Shown here one piece after another: positions 38,706 to 50,554 of a DNA stretch of 64,000 bases. A model generated the notes under the pieces. It was given only the letters and a program-made list of their open reading frames with translations, searched no databases and was not told where the DNA came from. The position numbers and the translations under genes are program-made. Every line of letters starts with the position of its first letter. The first letter of the stretch is position 1. The DNA lies in assembly GCF_030144855.1 (NCBI RefSeq), contig NC_082730.1, positions 14,570,001-14,634,000 of the forward strand. Reading direction: 5' to 3'. The DNA is from Hypanus sabinus. Lineage: Eukaryota.

Positions 38706-41659
38706 GTCCACCAGTGACTTTGCCAGAGGGAGAGAAGCTGGCAGAGGGGTCGGGGAGGATGGACATTCTCACACGGACACACAGACCCCGCTCATGTCCT
38801 GAACACTAAACATCCTCACCAGCGGTGCCTGCTGGGTCACCGGGGATAGTGCGTAGATTGCAGCACCCTCGCAAACCACCTGACAGACTGAATCTTTGAT
38901 TGGATAACTTTTTTTGTTGTTAGATTGAATGTTGAATTTGCCACGGTTTTTAGGTGTTTTATATTGGTAACCTGTTGCTAATGAGACCACTGTTTTTATT
39001 TCATAGTTCATCTATATTTGGGGAAGGTTGGATTTTAAAGGGGGAGAAGTGTTGTAATGTCAGTATTATTAAAAGTAAGTTAATAGTAATCGGGAAGCTG
39101 TTGGAAACAAAAGGCTGACTCCGGAGTTGGCGGGGTTTTTTATTTCCGATATTCATTGTATGTAGTTCCACCACCCATGCCGCACGAGGTACCTGAAAGC
39201 CTCTGTATTGTAAAGATCATTTGCCAGATAAAGATAAAAATTGTCGAGTGATCGTTTTGTAAAGTAGAAGTTACCACACTCATAGTTAACATTATAGAGA
39301 AGCCATTTCATTATAACACGATAGAGAGGCCATTTTATAATTAGCAGTTAACAGTTAACATTACAGTTAATATTACTGAGAGTCCTACGTTCCCTCCCCA
39401 CCGAATTTAGTCATGCCCTCATGATATTCAGATAATTTGCCAACCCTTCCTGCAAAACACAGAGCCCAATCCAAGTGCAGAAAGCAGTGACATAACTCCC
39501 CAAAACAGTAGAGATCACACCCTGCTCCCCAGGCGCTACATAGGCCAACCTCTCCGGGGGGGAGGGGGTTCCTAATCCTCTGAGACCTCTGTCACCCCCC
39601 CTTTCCTAGCTCCTCCGGCTCAGACACTACTGGAGCCACTTTAGGGCTACCTGGCAAAACCTCCTATGATCTGTCACTCAAGCCCCTCTGCAACTTGAAG
39701 CCCCTGCCTCAGCTTCCGGCCTCCCGCCCTCTACTCCAGAGTCCAGCTGCACTCCCTGTTGCAAAGCAAAACCCTGTTGCACACCTCACCTCACCTGACG
39801 CAATGGGAGAAGGGCCTGGAGCCTCTTCCTCCGTCACGGGGAAGTTAGCGAACGGCAGCATGTACCACACATCCGAATCATCATCCTCCAAATCAGTGTC
39901 CTTTCCTGGGGTTGGGCCGGCCCAGACTGTTTTGCAGTGTGCTCTTCCATCACCCCACACTTCCGCAGAGTCCTCGTACTAGGTGTAGACTCCAAATCGG
40001 GTTCCAGGTCTACCTGCACCTCTTGTCCCAGAGGCAACAGGTGGTTCCGATGAAGTATCTTGACAAGCTCCTTCCTGTCCTCGAACCTCACCGGAAAAAC
40101 TGGTAGGTTCAGCATCTGACTTTCCACCACACAGGGTGTGGCCACCCAGCGGTCAGCCAACTTGTGCTTTCCAGGTAAACCCAAATTCCTTATGAGGACT
40201 CGGACTCCCAGCAGGAGCTGGGAGAACTTCACTTTATGGTTATGCCTCCTCTTATTTCCCCGATTCTGCTTGGTGGCCACCACCCCTGCCAATTCATACG
40301 CCCTTTTCAGCTCTCTCCTCATATCAGACACATACTTCAGATAATGCTTTGGCAGTATGTCACCCGAGTCAGTCCCAAAACAGGGGTCAATGGGCAACCT
40401 CGCCTCGCGCCCAAACATCAGATAATAGGGCGAATACGCAGTAACTTCATTGCGTGTACAGTTGTAACTGTGAACCAGATGCCCAATATGTTGACTCCAT
40501 CTGCTCTTTTTACTGATCTCCAGAGTCCCGAGCAGGTCTAGCAAGGTCCGATTAAACCTCTCAGGGTGGGGATCGCCCTGCGGATGATAGGACGTGGTCC
40601 TCAATTTCTTAACTCCCAGCATGCACAGTAACTCACAGATGAGCTTACTCTCGAAATCCTGTCCCTGGTCACTACGTATCCACCGGGGAAGGCCGTAATG
40701 CACAAAAAACTTCTTCCATAACATTTTTACCAATGTAGTCACCCTCTAGTCCTTGGTAGAAAAAGCCTTAGCTTATCTAGTGTAGTGGTCCGTGATGACT
40801 AAGACATTTGTGTTGCTGACATTGGGCCCTGTGGACAGAAAATCCATACACACCAGGTCTAGGGGCCCTGCACTCTGCAAGTGTGACAGAGGAGCGGCCT
40901 GCACAGGCAGCGTCTTCCGGCGTATGCAGCGAATGCACGACTTGCAGTACACTTCAACTTCTGACCTTATTTGGGGCCTGTCTTTAAGAAATCCATAGGC
41001 CCTCTCCACCCCCAAATGTCCAAAATCATCGTGCAGTGATCTTCAACGCAATCTGCTGATACTTCTCAGGCAGGACCAACACCGAGGTTGGTCCGGGGTG
41101 ACGTTACCCAGTATAACATTTGTTTCTTCAACTTCAACCGAGGCCATTCCCTCAGTAATAGAGGCACTGAAGCGTGTTTTGGCTTCTCCACACATGCCAT
41201 TTACCCCTTTTCCACCGCGCACTAAGTAGCACCAATGCCTGGGTCATCTCGTTGGGCAGCTGCTACTTCCACTGGATTTAATTCTGGCAGCTGCTTGGTC
41301 TTTAGAGCAATCAGGTCACAGTAAACTGGGGGTAGGGCATCATCAGAAGCCCCCAATGGGTCCACTGCTTGGTCTGGCCTCTCCTTTTCCTCGGCCTTCA
41401 CAGTGATAGCAAACAGACACAAGGCTTTCACACCAGGGGCAGGAACGCTCTCCCACTCCTAGTCCCTCTCCGGTTCCTCATGCATCCATCGGGACAAAGC
41501 GTCTGCATCGACATTCCTGCACCCTGGACGGTACTTCAGGCTGAAATCATTTACCGACAAGGCCACCAACCACCAATGGCCTGTAGCATCCAGTGTTGCC
41601 GAGGATCAGGATGTAAGTGAGTGGGTCGTTGTCTGTCCTTGCCTCAAACTTGGCCCCAT

Positions 41660-44105
41660 TGATGCACCATCAATAACTCACTCTGAGATGTGAAGGCGAG
41701 ATATCGGCTTTTATTGACTGGAAGAAGGAACAAGCAGTGAGTGACCACCATACTACATCCTGGAGACTGAGAGGCCGTGCTCCGGCCTCAATCGCCTATA
41801 TACAGGGGTCTGAGGGAGGAGCCGCAGGAGCAGTCAGCAAGGGGTGTGTCCAGACAGGTATACATAGTTCACCACATTCAACCCCACTTTGTTTTAAAAA
41901 GAGTCCCCATGTGGCAAAGATTCTTACAGGTTAAGTCTATCAGGTGGTCAAATCTGTTGCAGCAATCTGCGTAGCACCGGCTGTGATTGCACAGGTGCCG
42001 GTGGTGGTGATTGCACCGGAGACAGAGGTTGTGCTGGTTGCGGCCTTACTGGAGGTGTCAGCCCACTAGGCGTCAGTGATCCCTCATGCATTTGCAAGGC
42101 GCCTGGTATATACGCGGATGAAACGCCTGGTATATGAGTGTCATGAGGAGTCTGTGTAGGGCTCGGTGTGCACGGTGTCACCTCGGGTACAGGGTTCATA
42201 GTTACCGGGGAGTGTTCGGGGTAGTGGTCTGCTGCTCCCGCGGGCGCCAGATCGCAGACGGAGACCGTGTCCTCCCGCCCATCAGGTAAGACCACATAAG
42301 CATACTGGGGGTTCGCATGTAGAAGGTGAACCCTCTCGACCAGCGGGGAGTATTTATTACTCCTCACATGATTCCAGAGCAGCACTGGCCCTGGGGACCT
42401 CAGCCAAGCTGGTAGGGTGGTCCCAGTGACAGACTTCCTGGGAAAAGAGAATAGGCGCCCGTGAGGGGTGGTATTGGTGGACGTACATAACAGGGAGCGG
42501 ATAGAGTGGAGTGCCTCAGGCAGGACCTCCTGACATCGAGAGACCAGCAACCCTTTTGACTTAAGGGCTAAAAGTGTGGCCTTCCAAACTGTGGCATTCT
42601 CCTTCTCCACCTGTCCATTTCCCCGGGGATTATAACTCGTGGTCCGACTAGTAGCAATGCCCCTAGCTAGCAGGTACCAGCGCAGCTCATCACTCATAAA
42701 GGAGGACCTTCTATCACTGTGGATATAGCTGGGATATCCGAACAGACTGAAGAGCTGGCGCAGGGCTTTTACGATGGACGTGGTAGTGGTGTCGGGGCAG
42801 GGAATGGCAAAGGGGAACTGCGAGTATTCATCGATAATATTGAGAAAATAGACATTGCGGTTGGTGGAGGGAAGGGGGCCCTTAAAGTCAACACTCAGTC
42901 GCTCAAAAGGGCAGGTGGCCTTGACAAGTTGTGCCGTGTCAGGACGGTAGAAGTGCGGTTTGCACGCAGCGCAGATTTGGCAGTCCCTGGTCATCGCCCT
43001 GATGTCCTCCAGGGAGTATGGCAGGTTCCGGGCTTTCATGAAATGGTAAAATAGGGTGACCCCCGGATGGCAAAGATGTGCATGAAGGGCTTATAGCTGG
43101 TCAAGCTGTGCACTAGCACACGTTCCCCGGGATAGGGCATCAGGGGGCTCATTGAGTCTGCCAGGCCGGTACAGGATGTCAAAGTTTTAGGTGGAGAGTT
43201 CTATTCTCCACCGCAAAATTTTATCATTTTTGATTTTGCCCCGCTGTTGGTTGCTGAACATGAACGCAACTGAGCGCTGGTCGGTCAGCAAGGTGAACCT
43301 TTTGCCGGTGAGATAGTGCCTCCAGTGCCTAACAGCTTCCACTATGGCCTGGGCTTCTTTCTCCACCGTGGAATTTCAGAGCCCTGAAGGGTACGAGAAA
43401 AGAATGCTACTGGCCTGCCTGCCTGATTGAGGGTAGCAGCAAGCGCGAAATCGGAGGCATCTCTCTTTACTTGGAAGGGAATGGTCTCGTCCACCGCATG
43501 CATCGTTGCTTTGGCAATGTCCCCTTTAATGCAGCTGAAGGCCGCGCAGGCCTCAGCAGAGAGGGGGAAAGTGGTAGACTTGACCAGGGGGCGGGCCTTG
43601 TCTGCATAATGGGGGACCCATTGGGTGTAATAGAAAAAAAAACCCAGGCACCGCCTGAGGGCTTTGAGAGTGGTGGGAAAAGGAAGTTCTAACGGGGGTG
43701 CATACAGTCGGGATCAGGGCCAATGACCCCGTTTGCCACGACATACCCAAGGATAGCGAGTTGGGTGGTTCCGAACACACACTTGCCCCTGTTATACATA
43801 AGGTTCAGAGCTTTGGCCACCTGGAAAAATTGTTGGAAGTTGGCATTGTGATCCGACCAGTCGCGACCACAGATGGTGATGTTATCCAGATAGGGAAATG
43901 TGGCCTTCAGTTGGTACTGGTCCACCATCCGGTCCATTTCCCTCTGGAAAACCGAGACACCATTTGTGACACCAAATGGGATGCGCAGGAAGTGATAGAG
44001 CCTGCCGCCCGCCTCGAAGGCGGTGTAGGGGCGGTCCTCTGGGCGTAATGGGAGCTGGTGATAAGCGGATTTCAGATCAATTGTTGAGAACACCTTGTAC
44101 TTGTG
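41660..44105 (-). mobile_element. 5'-truncated Gypsy (RT, RNaseH, integrase, 3' LTR 41660-41876) nested in the outer element
   Basis: ORF 41948-43039 is integrase (DFKGP..D..E); RT IDLKSAYHQ..YLDN; purine tract adjacent to the LTR. Confidence 0.88.
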
Positions 44106-47100
44106 ACTCACTTTGGCATAGGCCTTCATGAATCCTTTATAATAACCACAGAACCCCAAGAACGAGCGCAGAGTGCTCACAGTCTGGAGCCTCGGCCACG
44201 TGGTCACTGCTTCTATCTTAGCCAAGTCTGTAGCTACTCCATCCCATGAGTTTATGTGCCGTACATAGCTAATAGACATCTTGCAGAACTGGTACTTGTC
44301 TGCTCTACCCATGTCTCATAATCCTCTTCACCTTCACGGGTGGGTGTTATCCCAGAGAAAGATCTTATCTTCTGGCGGGGCCCCTCTGCCTTTCTCACCA
44401 GGAAGGCAACTCAGAACTCTCACCGTTCGCTGGGGGACGGGAACTAACCAAATTTTCCAAATCTGACCACTCCTTCCCTTCATCCCACAGTACCGAGAGG
44501 ATTCGTTCCCTAAGATCCCCTCCCTCATCTGCTGGCGACTCAGCTCACTGAGCTCCGGCCCCTCACTCCCCGACAATTTGTACGCGCCATGGTTCCGCCT
44601 CCGGGGACGCCAGTCTCCTCTGAAAACTCCACCCCTCTTATGTCATTTGTGTGTGTTGCACTATATCTGTACCTGTCTCAAAATCAAAGTTCCGCGATAC
44701 AATCTCCACTTTGCCAACAGTTTTAACCCCAGTCAAACCTTGAAGTAACACTTCATCTGATACCCTCGTCTCCACCCCCCTCAACATGCACGTTTTGCTT
44801 TCTGCCACCCTCACAGCTGCACGCCATCACGGAAATGCGGCTGTCGCCATCCAAACTGTACTTTGAGCCAAGCGGCCACACAACATGTACAGAATTCAAT
44901 CACCAGACAAGCACCCCGCAAATGTAGCACTCAGCTCTATCAGCCCACATTCGTCTAGGGGAAACCGCCGTCTGCCCGCCAAACTGTGTCTCACTTTTGT
45001 GTAGATGCTGTGTAATGCACGCCAGTACATAAAATATCAGGCAGTACACAATATTACTTTGAACAATTACACTTTATAAATTTTATTGTAACTATGGGGT
45101 TAGTAGAGAAACAAAAATATAAAATAAAAAGGCGCCAAGAATAGAGATTATACAGCTTGTGCACACGTTGGAGCTCACGCAATATCCTCGGTCCACCATT
45201 CGATTTCCTGAAAACTCCACGACCCTTGGACAGGGACCAACCCGCGGTGGTCTACCAGAGCACTTCCTGCACATCCTCCCTCTTCACTTCCCCTCGCCGA
45301 ACTTCCCGCGCACCAACCCCGGTTCCCACACATACAGATAGAATAACAAGACTCCCATTGGCTAGTCCCCCCTGATAGCAATAGTTATAACCCAAGCATT
45401 TCAGCTACAGAAAAATTACCTCATAGTTAGTATTACAGAGAAGCCATTTTAAAATTAGGTTAACAGTTAATATTACTGAGAACCTTACAAACACAATATA
45501 ATCAATCAAAACTACACACAAAGACTGACAAATTACCAATCTGTAAAGGAAAGCAAACAGTGCAAATACCCCCCTCTATACCATCCACAACACCGACAAT
45601 TATCATGTCATATGTAAACATATGGACATACAATGGACTTTTGAATGAAGTACCATTACAGAGGCTTGTTCATATATTGAAGTGTCCATAAGTCAGGTGT
45701 TCATAACCTGGGAATGAACTGCATAGTCCTTCATCCTACACATTATTCCTTGGAGCAGATCTGCTTCACAACTGACACTCTTCCACTTTTAATCTACATT
45801 TGAGGAGGGGTCCCTGACTGGAAACTGAGCTCAATCAAGGATCTAGGCCTGAAATATCGAACTATTTACTCCTTTCCATAGATGCTGCCTGATTTACTGA
45901 GTTCCTCCAGCATTTGTATGTAGAGAATCAGCATATCGGAGAAAGATTGAAAATCTGCCTGAATGCTGTCACAACTATCTCTCACTGAACATTATCAAAA
46001 CCAAAAGCTGATGATTGACTATAGCAAGAAGTATCCTGATATTCTTGACAACAACACACACAAAATGCTGGTGGACCACAGCAGACCAGGGAGCATCTAT
46101 AGAGAGAAGCGCTGTCGACATTTCAGGCCGAGACGGTCCGATGTCTCGGCCCGAAACGTCAACAGCGCTTCTCCCTATAGATGCTGCCTGGCCTGCTGTG
46201 TTCCACTAGCATTTTGTGTGTGTTGTTGTTTGAATTTCCAGCATCTGCAGATTTCCTCATGTTTGCTGATATTCTTGATCCAGTTCACATCAGGACAATA
46301 TCTCCACCTACCATAATGCAATCATGACAATTTTTGTGAAAATCTACTTTTTTAAAAATTCTCTTCCCATGAAAAAAAGCATTCTATGTATCCATCCAAG
46401 ACTGTTAAAAATATAAATGGCAAATGTTTAGGGAGAATGAGAAATATTTAAAAGGGGAAACCTCTTCATTAGAAGATTGTACATATATTGAACACGCTGT
46501 GGTTAGGGAAGACTCAATAGCAACATTTAAACGACAGTGGACAGCTCTCTGGATAGGGAGGGTTTAGTGAGATATGGGCCAAATGCAGGTGAATGTGTTT
46601 AGCTTACATCAACATCTTTCTCAGAATGGTGGAGTTGGCATGAAGGGCTTCTTTTTGTGCAGTACTGTACTCCACTCTATTATGCATTTGAGCTCTTGTT
46701 ACAGGTCAGCATTGAGAAAAGAATCTCCTAAGATTTGCAGATTGACCATTGCAACTCACAACAATATACAACTCACTCATTTTAGTGGTGTGAACACTCG
46801 AGTCGAGTAAGGTGTTCTCCAAAGGGGTTGTCTATTTCTGAGTCCTCAGGAGGATGGAGACGCGAGTCAGTGATCCATATATTCTGCTGCACGTGGGCAA
46901 GACTAAGTGGTGCCTATGGTTAGGTGCTGGGTCTCGTGGTTGTTCATTTCCTCCTTTTGCAGCTGCAGCTTGTTCCCTGAGGCACCACGGAGGTTGCTCT
47001 CATATAATGCATCTCCTTCTTGAACAGATTTCCTCCCAGTGCATCCAGTGAATGCAACATCTTCCCAATTTTTAGATGTAATCTTGAATTTCTTCAGTCT

Positions 47101-47124
47101 TGTTTCGATATTATCTAATTTAAT

Positions 47125-47915
47125 GCAGACAAGTGCGAAGTTTTGCACTTCAGAAGGACCAACCAGGGTAGGTCTTACACAACGGACGGTAGGGTACTGA
47201 GGAATTATTTTAGAACAAAAGGGTCTGGGAACACAGGTCTGTAATTCATTGAAGGTGGCATCAAAAGTTGCTAGGGTCATGTGAAAGCTTTTAGCACATT
47301 GGCCTTTATAAATCACAAAAAAAACAAACAAACTGTTGAGTACAGGAGATGGGGTGTTATGCTGAAGTTGTTTCAGCTATTGGTAAGGTATAATCTGGCT
47401 TCTTGTGTGCATCTTTGGTCACCTACCTCCAGGAAAGATATAAATAAGTTTGAAAGAGCATGTAGAAAATTGACATGGATGTTGCTAGCTCTAGAGGTCC
47501 TGAGCTATAAGGAAAGATTGAATAGGTTCAGACTTTTTTCCTTGGAATGGAGAAGATTGACAGGAAATTTATAGATTATGAGGATAAAATTATGAGGGTA
47601 GGGTATATGCAAGCAGGCTTTTTTCATTGAGGTTGGGTGGGACTACAACTAGAGGTTATAGGTTGTGGGTTAAAGGTGAAACGGTTAAGGGGAAAATGAG
47701 GGAAAATCTGTTCAGTCAGAGGGTCATGAAAGTGTGGAGTGAGCTGCAGCATGTAAGCTCGATTTCAACATTTAAGAGAAGTTTCGATAGGTACGTGGAT
47801 GGTAGGGATATGGAGGGCTATGTTACCAGGGCAAGTAGATGGGAGTAGGCAATTTAAATGCCTTGGCATGGACTAGATGGGCCAAAGGGCCTGTTTTTGT
47901 GTGGAAATTTTCTAT
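47125..47915 (+). mobile_element. CR1 3' fragment
   Basis: CVHLWSP..SYKERLNR; CR1 tail. Confidence 0.8.
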
Positions 47916-48143
47916 GACTCGATGACATGGTGGAGGGTTCAGCCAACAAGCTGTCCAGCAGTCATCTTTGCCAATCATGGCCTGTGTGATATATACACAT
48001 GAAGGCAATCCCAAAATCGGACAATGACATAGTTAATAAGATACCACTGTTTAGATGCCTTGAATTTGTTTTTCTGGTGGAAGAGAGTGCTTGTGATGAT
48101 AAGACTGTGCTCAGGACTTGTGGTGAGAAGTCATCCATTTAAT

Positions 48144-48149
48144 TTTATT
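48144..48149 (-). terminator. Candidate poly(A) signal (AATAAA) of gene C
   Basis: First AATAAA I found downstream of the predicted stop. The same motif occurs in homologous context at 25850-25855; an AATAAA also lies at 13207-13212 downstream of the B1 last-exon homologue. Confidence 0.5.
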
Positions 48150-49064
48150 CAGGACCCTGCACTACTTTCCATTGATCAGTGTCCTTAAGACCTTTGTACA
48201 GTGACAGCAATTGTGCTCAATGTAAATAACATTGTGGTATTTCTCTGTGTATTGATATTCCTGAATATTTGAAGAAAATGTGTGCCTATCTGAAGTGAAA
48301 TCTGCAGATGATGGAAATACTCAACAGGTCAGCCAGCAACTACAAGGAGAATAACAAAGCTAATATTTCAGGTCAATATTTTTCAATAACATCATTCCAT
48401 TGGGATGTCATGATCTGAAGATTATTTGATCCCTTCTCCAAATAGATTCTAACCATTGACACATTAAGAAAAATCTAGTACCCTGAATTTATGAGTGAAA
48501 TTATATTCTAAACAGAAAAAAATGATACATTTTTCTGTGAAAACAAAATTTAATGAAGAAGCATTTTCATTACTGTATTAGGAATTGTTTGTTGAAATGA
48601 ACAAAAGGAAAACAGTAATTTGAATCTACAGAACAGATTTTAATATGAAAAAGGATCTCTTGTTTTCCCGGCACATATGACGAATAAAATTTCTTAGGCT
48701 TCAATTAGGTACAGGTATCACTTACAGCTGACGTTTTGATGACAAAACCTGTTATCTTCTTCAAGGATGATGAAAAAATATCCCTGAAGAAGATGGCAAA
48801 GCTTGTCATTGAACGTTGGTTATAATCGATTCCTGTACCTGGATGGAAGCCCAAGAACAGATACTAACATGATAAAAGAGTTCTGAGTAGTTCATGATCA
48901 TACAAAGCTTAAAAATGCTGGGTTCATGCAGGAAATCAAGAGACAATGTCATAATATTAAGATCAGTGTGGGTGAAGCATTGCAAGTGGATTTCTATTAA
49001 ACAAGGCCACTTCCTTGAAGCTCGACAAGATTATTTTGTTTGATTTAACCTTCAGCAATGCAAT

Positions 49065-49088
49065 TCAATGATTTAATGACAAGAGATT
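49065..49088 (-). CDS. Gene C probable last coding exon (NLLSLNH-stop)
   Basis: cttttaaacag|AAT CTC TTG TCA TTA AAT CAT TGA, phase 0. Surrounding sequence is conserved in two other paralogues (13.4-13.56 kb, 26.45-26.62 kb). Total CDS 37+321+355+91+24=828 nt (275 aa). Confidence 0.6.
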   Translation of the reverse strand, partial: NLLSLNH

Positions 49089-49421
49089 CTGTTTAAAAGT
49101 TCCACAAAGTGGGATGAATAATGAATGATCTTGGTGCAAAACTCCCCACGTTGGTTTAATCTGGGATCCTTCTCTTTTTCTCATGGATCAGGCGGTGAGG
49201 ATCTGATTGATCAGATCTCTGTGAAAACAAAAGTGAAATTATCAGATTGATTGACATAGGGAACCATGCAGTACTGTCTGATTCTGTGCATCTGTGACAT
49301 TGTATTCATTGCACTGATGCGTACACGTGCTTGTGCATTGGACAATAATGTGGATGCTGATTTGGTTTGCATTTCATGGGGGCACCTCGCAACAGAATTC
49401 TGTCTGAAACACGGTGTCCAA

Positions 49422-49873
49422 TATACGAGTGGTGATTGATACGTTTGATAAGATTGATAAGATGAGTTATACAGCTCATATTACATGCACATGCAGGTCA
49501 GCTCTTTGAGTGATTATGCAGAAAGTTTGAATAACTCATTTCCTTCTGCCTTAGGCCACAAAGTTATCAAACACCCATGATGAGTTATTAACTGATGAGC
49601 TATTAACTTCAAACTTTCTGCATAATTACTCAAAGATTTGAACAGCTTGTGCATGTAATGAGAGCTGTATAACTCATATCCTTCTATCTTAGGCCACAAA
49701 GTTATCAATCATCCCTGCTGTGGATGTTTTCCGGAGGTCCAAGATCTGTATGCTTCACGACCGCTGGACTAAGTGCAAAAATGTAGGAGGGGACTATGTT
49801 GAAAAATAAATGTGCTAGGTTTTCTAAAATTGACTCCTATCTTAGTCCATGAACTTATAAAGCACCCCTTGTA
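49422..49873. mobile_element. Mariner-type MITE with internal inverted repeat
   Basis: Ends tacgagtggtgattgata / gcaccccttgta; palindromic interior. Confidence 0.6.
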
Positions 49874-50463
49874 TTTTCTTGTCAGGTACTGGACTTTATT
49901 CTACGCATGGACAGTGTGCGGAAAACTGCTTACAGTATATCACTTTCATGTAACTTTGTTTTGACAAGAGGTTTAAAGTTTATTTGTGAATGTTTTTTAC
50001 CTTTAAATAGCCAGCATAGTTGAATGAATTTGGAGTGAAGGAGGACGGCAAGTACTTTACATTGATCGAGGTGTACAAGAGTCGTATATTGTTTGCCTAG
50101 CCTGAGGTATTTTTGAAGAGCAGAAAAGTCTAATACGAGGGGGAACAATTCAAGGTAATTAGAGAAATACATTGAGGGAATGTCAGAGTTAAGTACTTTA
50201 CACAGAGAGCTCTGGGTGCATGAAGCATCCTACCAGGGTTGGTGGTGGCAGATACATTAGCGACATTAGAAACTCTTACAAAGATGCATGGATCACAGAA
50301 AAGTTGAAGGCTATATAGAAGAGAAAGGTTAGATTGAACCTAGAGTGGGTTAAGAGGTCGGCCCAACATGGTGGGCCAAAGGGCATGTACTGTGCTGTAA
50401 TGTTCAATGTTTTACGTTCCAATTCGTGGAAACCACTTGGGATATCTACTGACCTGGACTTAC

Positions 50464-50554
50464 CTTTTTGTCTCTCGTGAACCATGTGACAGTGATAGTC
50501 CAGATCCCCAGCAGAGCAAAGAGGACCCAACGTCCCACTCTCCATATCACGTAA
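50464..50554 (-). CDS. Gene C exon 4, transmembrane segment with Arg residues
   Basis: cccctttgttcag|T TAC GTG...AAA AAG|gtaagt; 91 nt, phase 2-0. Encodes (S)YVIWRVGRWVLFALLGIWTITVTWFTRDKK; paralogous exon at 13893-13982. Confidence 0.85.

Larger units (their letters stand above)
36013..39278 (+). mobile_element. Non-autonomous Gypsy (K02A2.6-like) with PARD3B insert in place of pol
   Basis: LTRs 36013-36259 and 39050-39278; 5-bp TSD CTCAT; PBS tggcaacgag; gag from 36350 (MATFRTIGEF..EDWLEYEERL); protease; RT start WAAPIVPVLK; pol tail HPRKPPDRLNL-stop at 38899; PPT aaagggggagaag. Confidence 0.92.
33747..45489 (-). mobile_element. Outer Gypsy LTR retrotransposon (PNMA-like gag, RT and RNaseH remnants, integrase) carrying nested insertions
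   Basis: 5' LTR 44923-45489; 3' LTR 33747-39389 (interrupted twice); PBS-like tttgcggggtgcttgtctgg; PPT 39390-39402; integrase ORFs 39834-41015. Flanks aata/aaca rejoin one interrupted repeat. Confidence 0.85.

Noticed and set aside
39400-44920. Searched the outer Gypsy and Gypsy-3 for further captured host genes
   Set aside because: All readable segments are gag/pol-like; the gaps are simple deletions.
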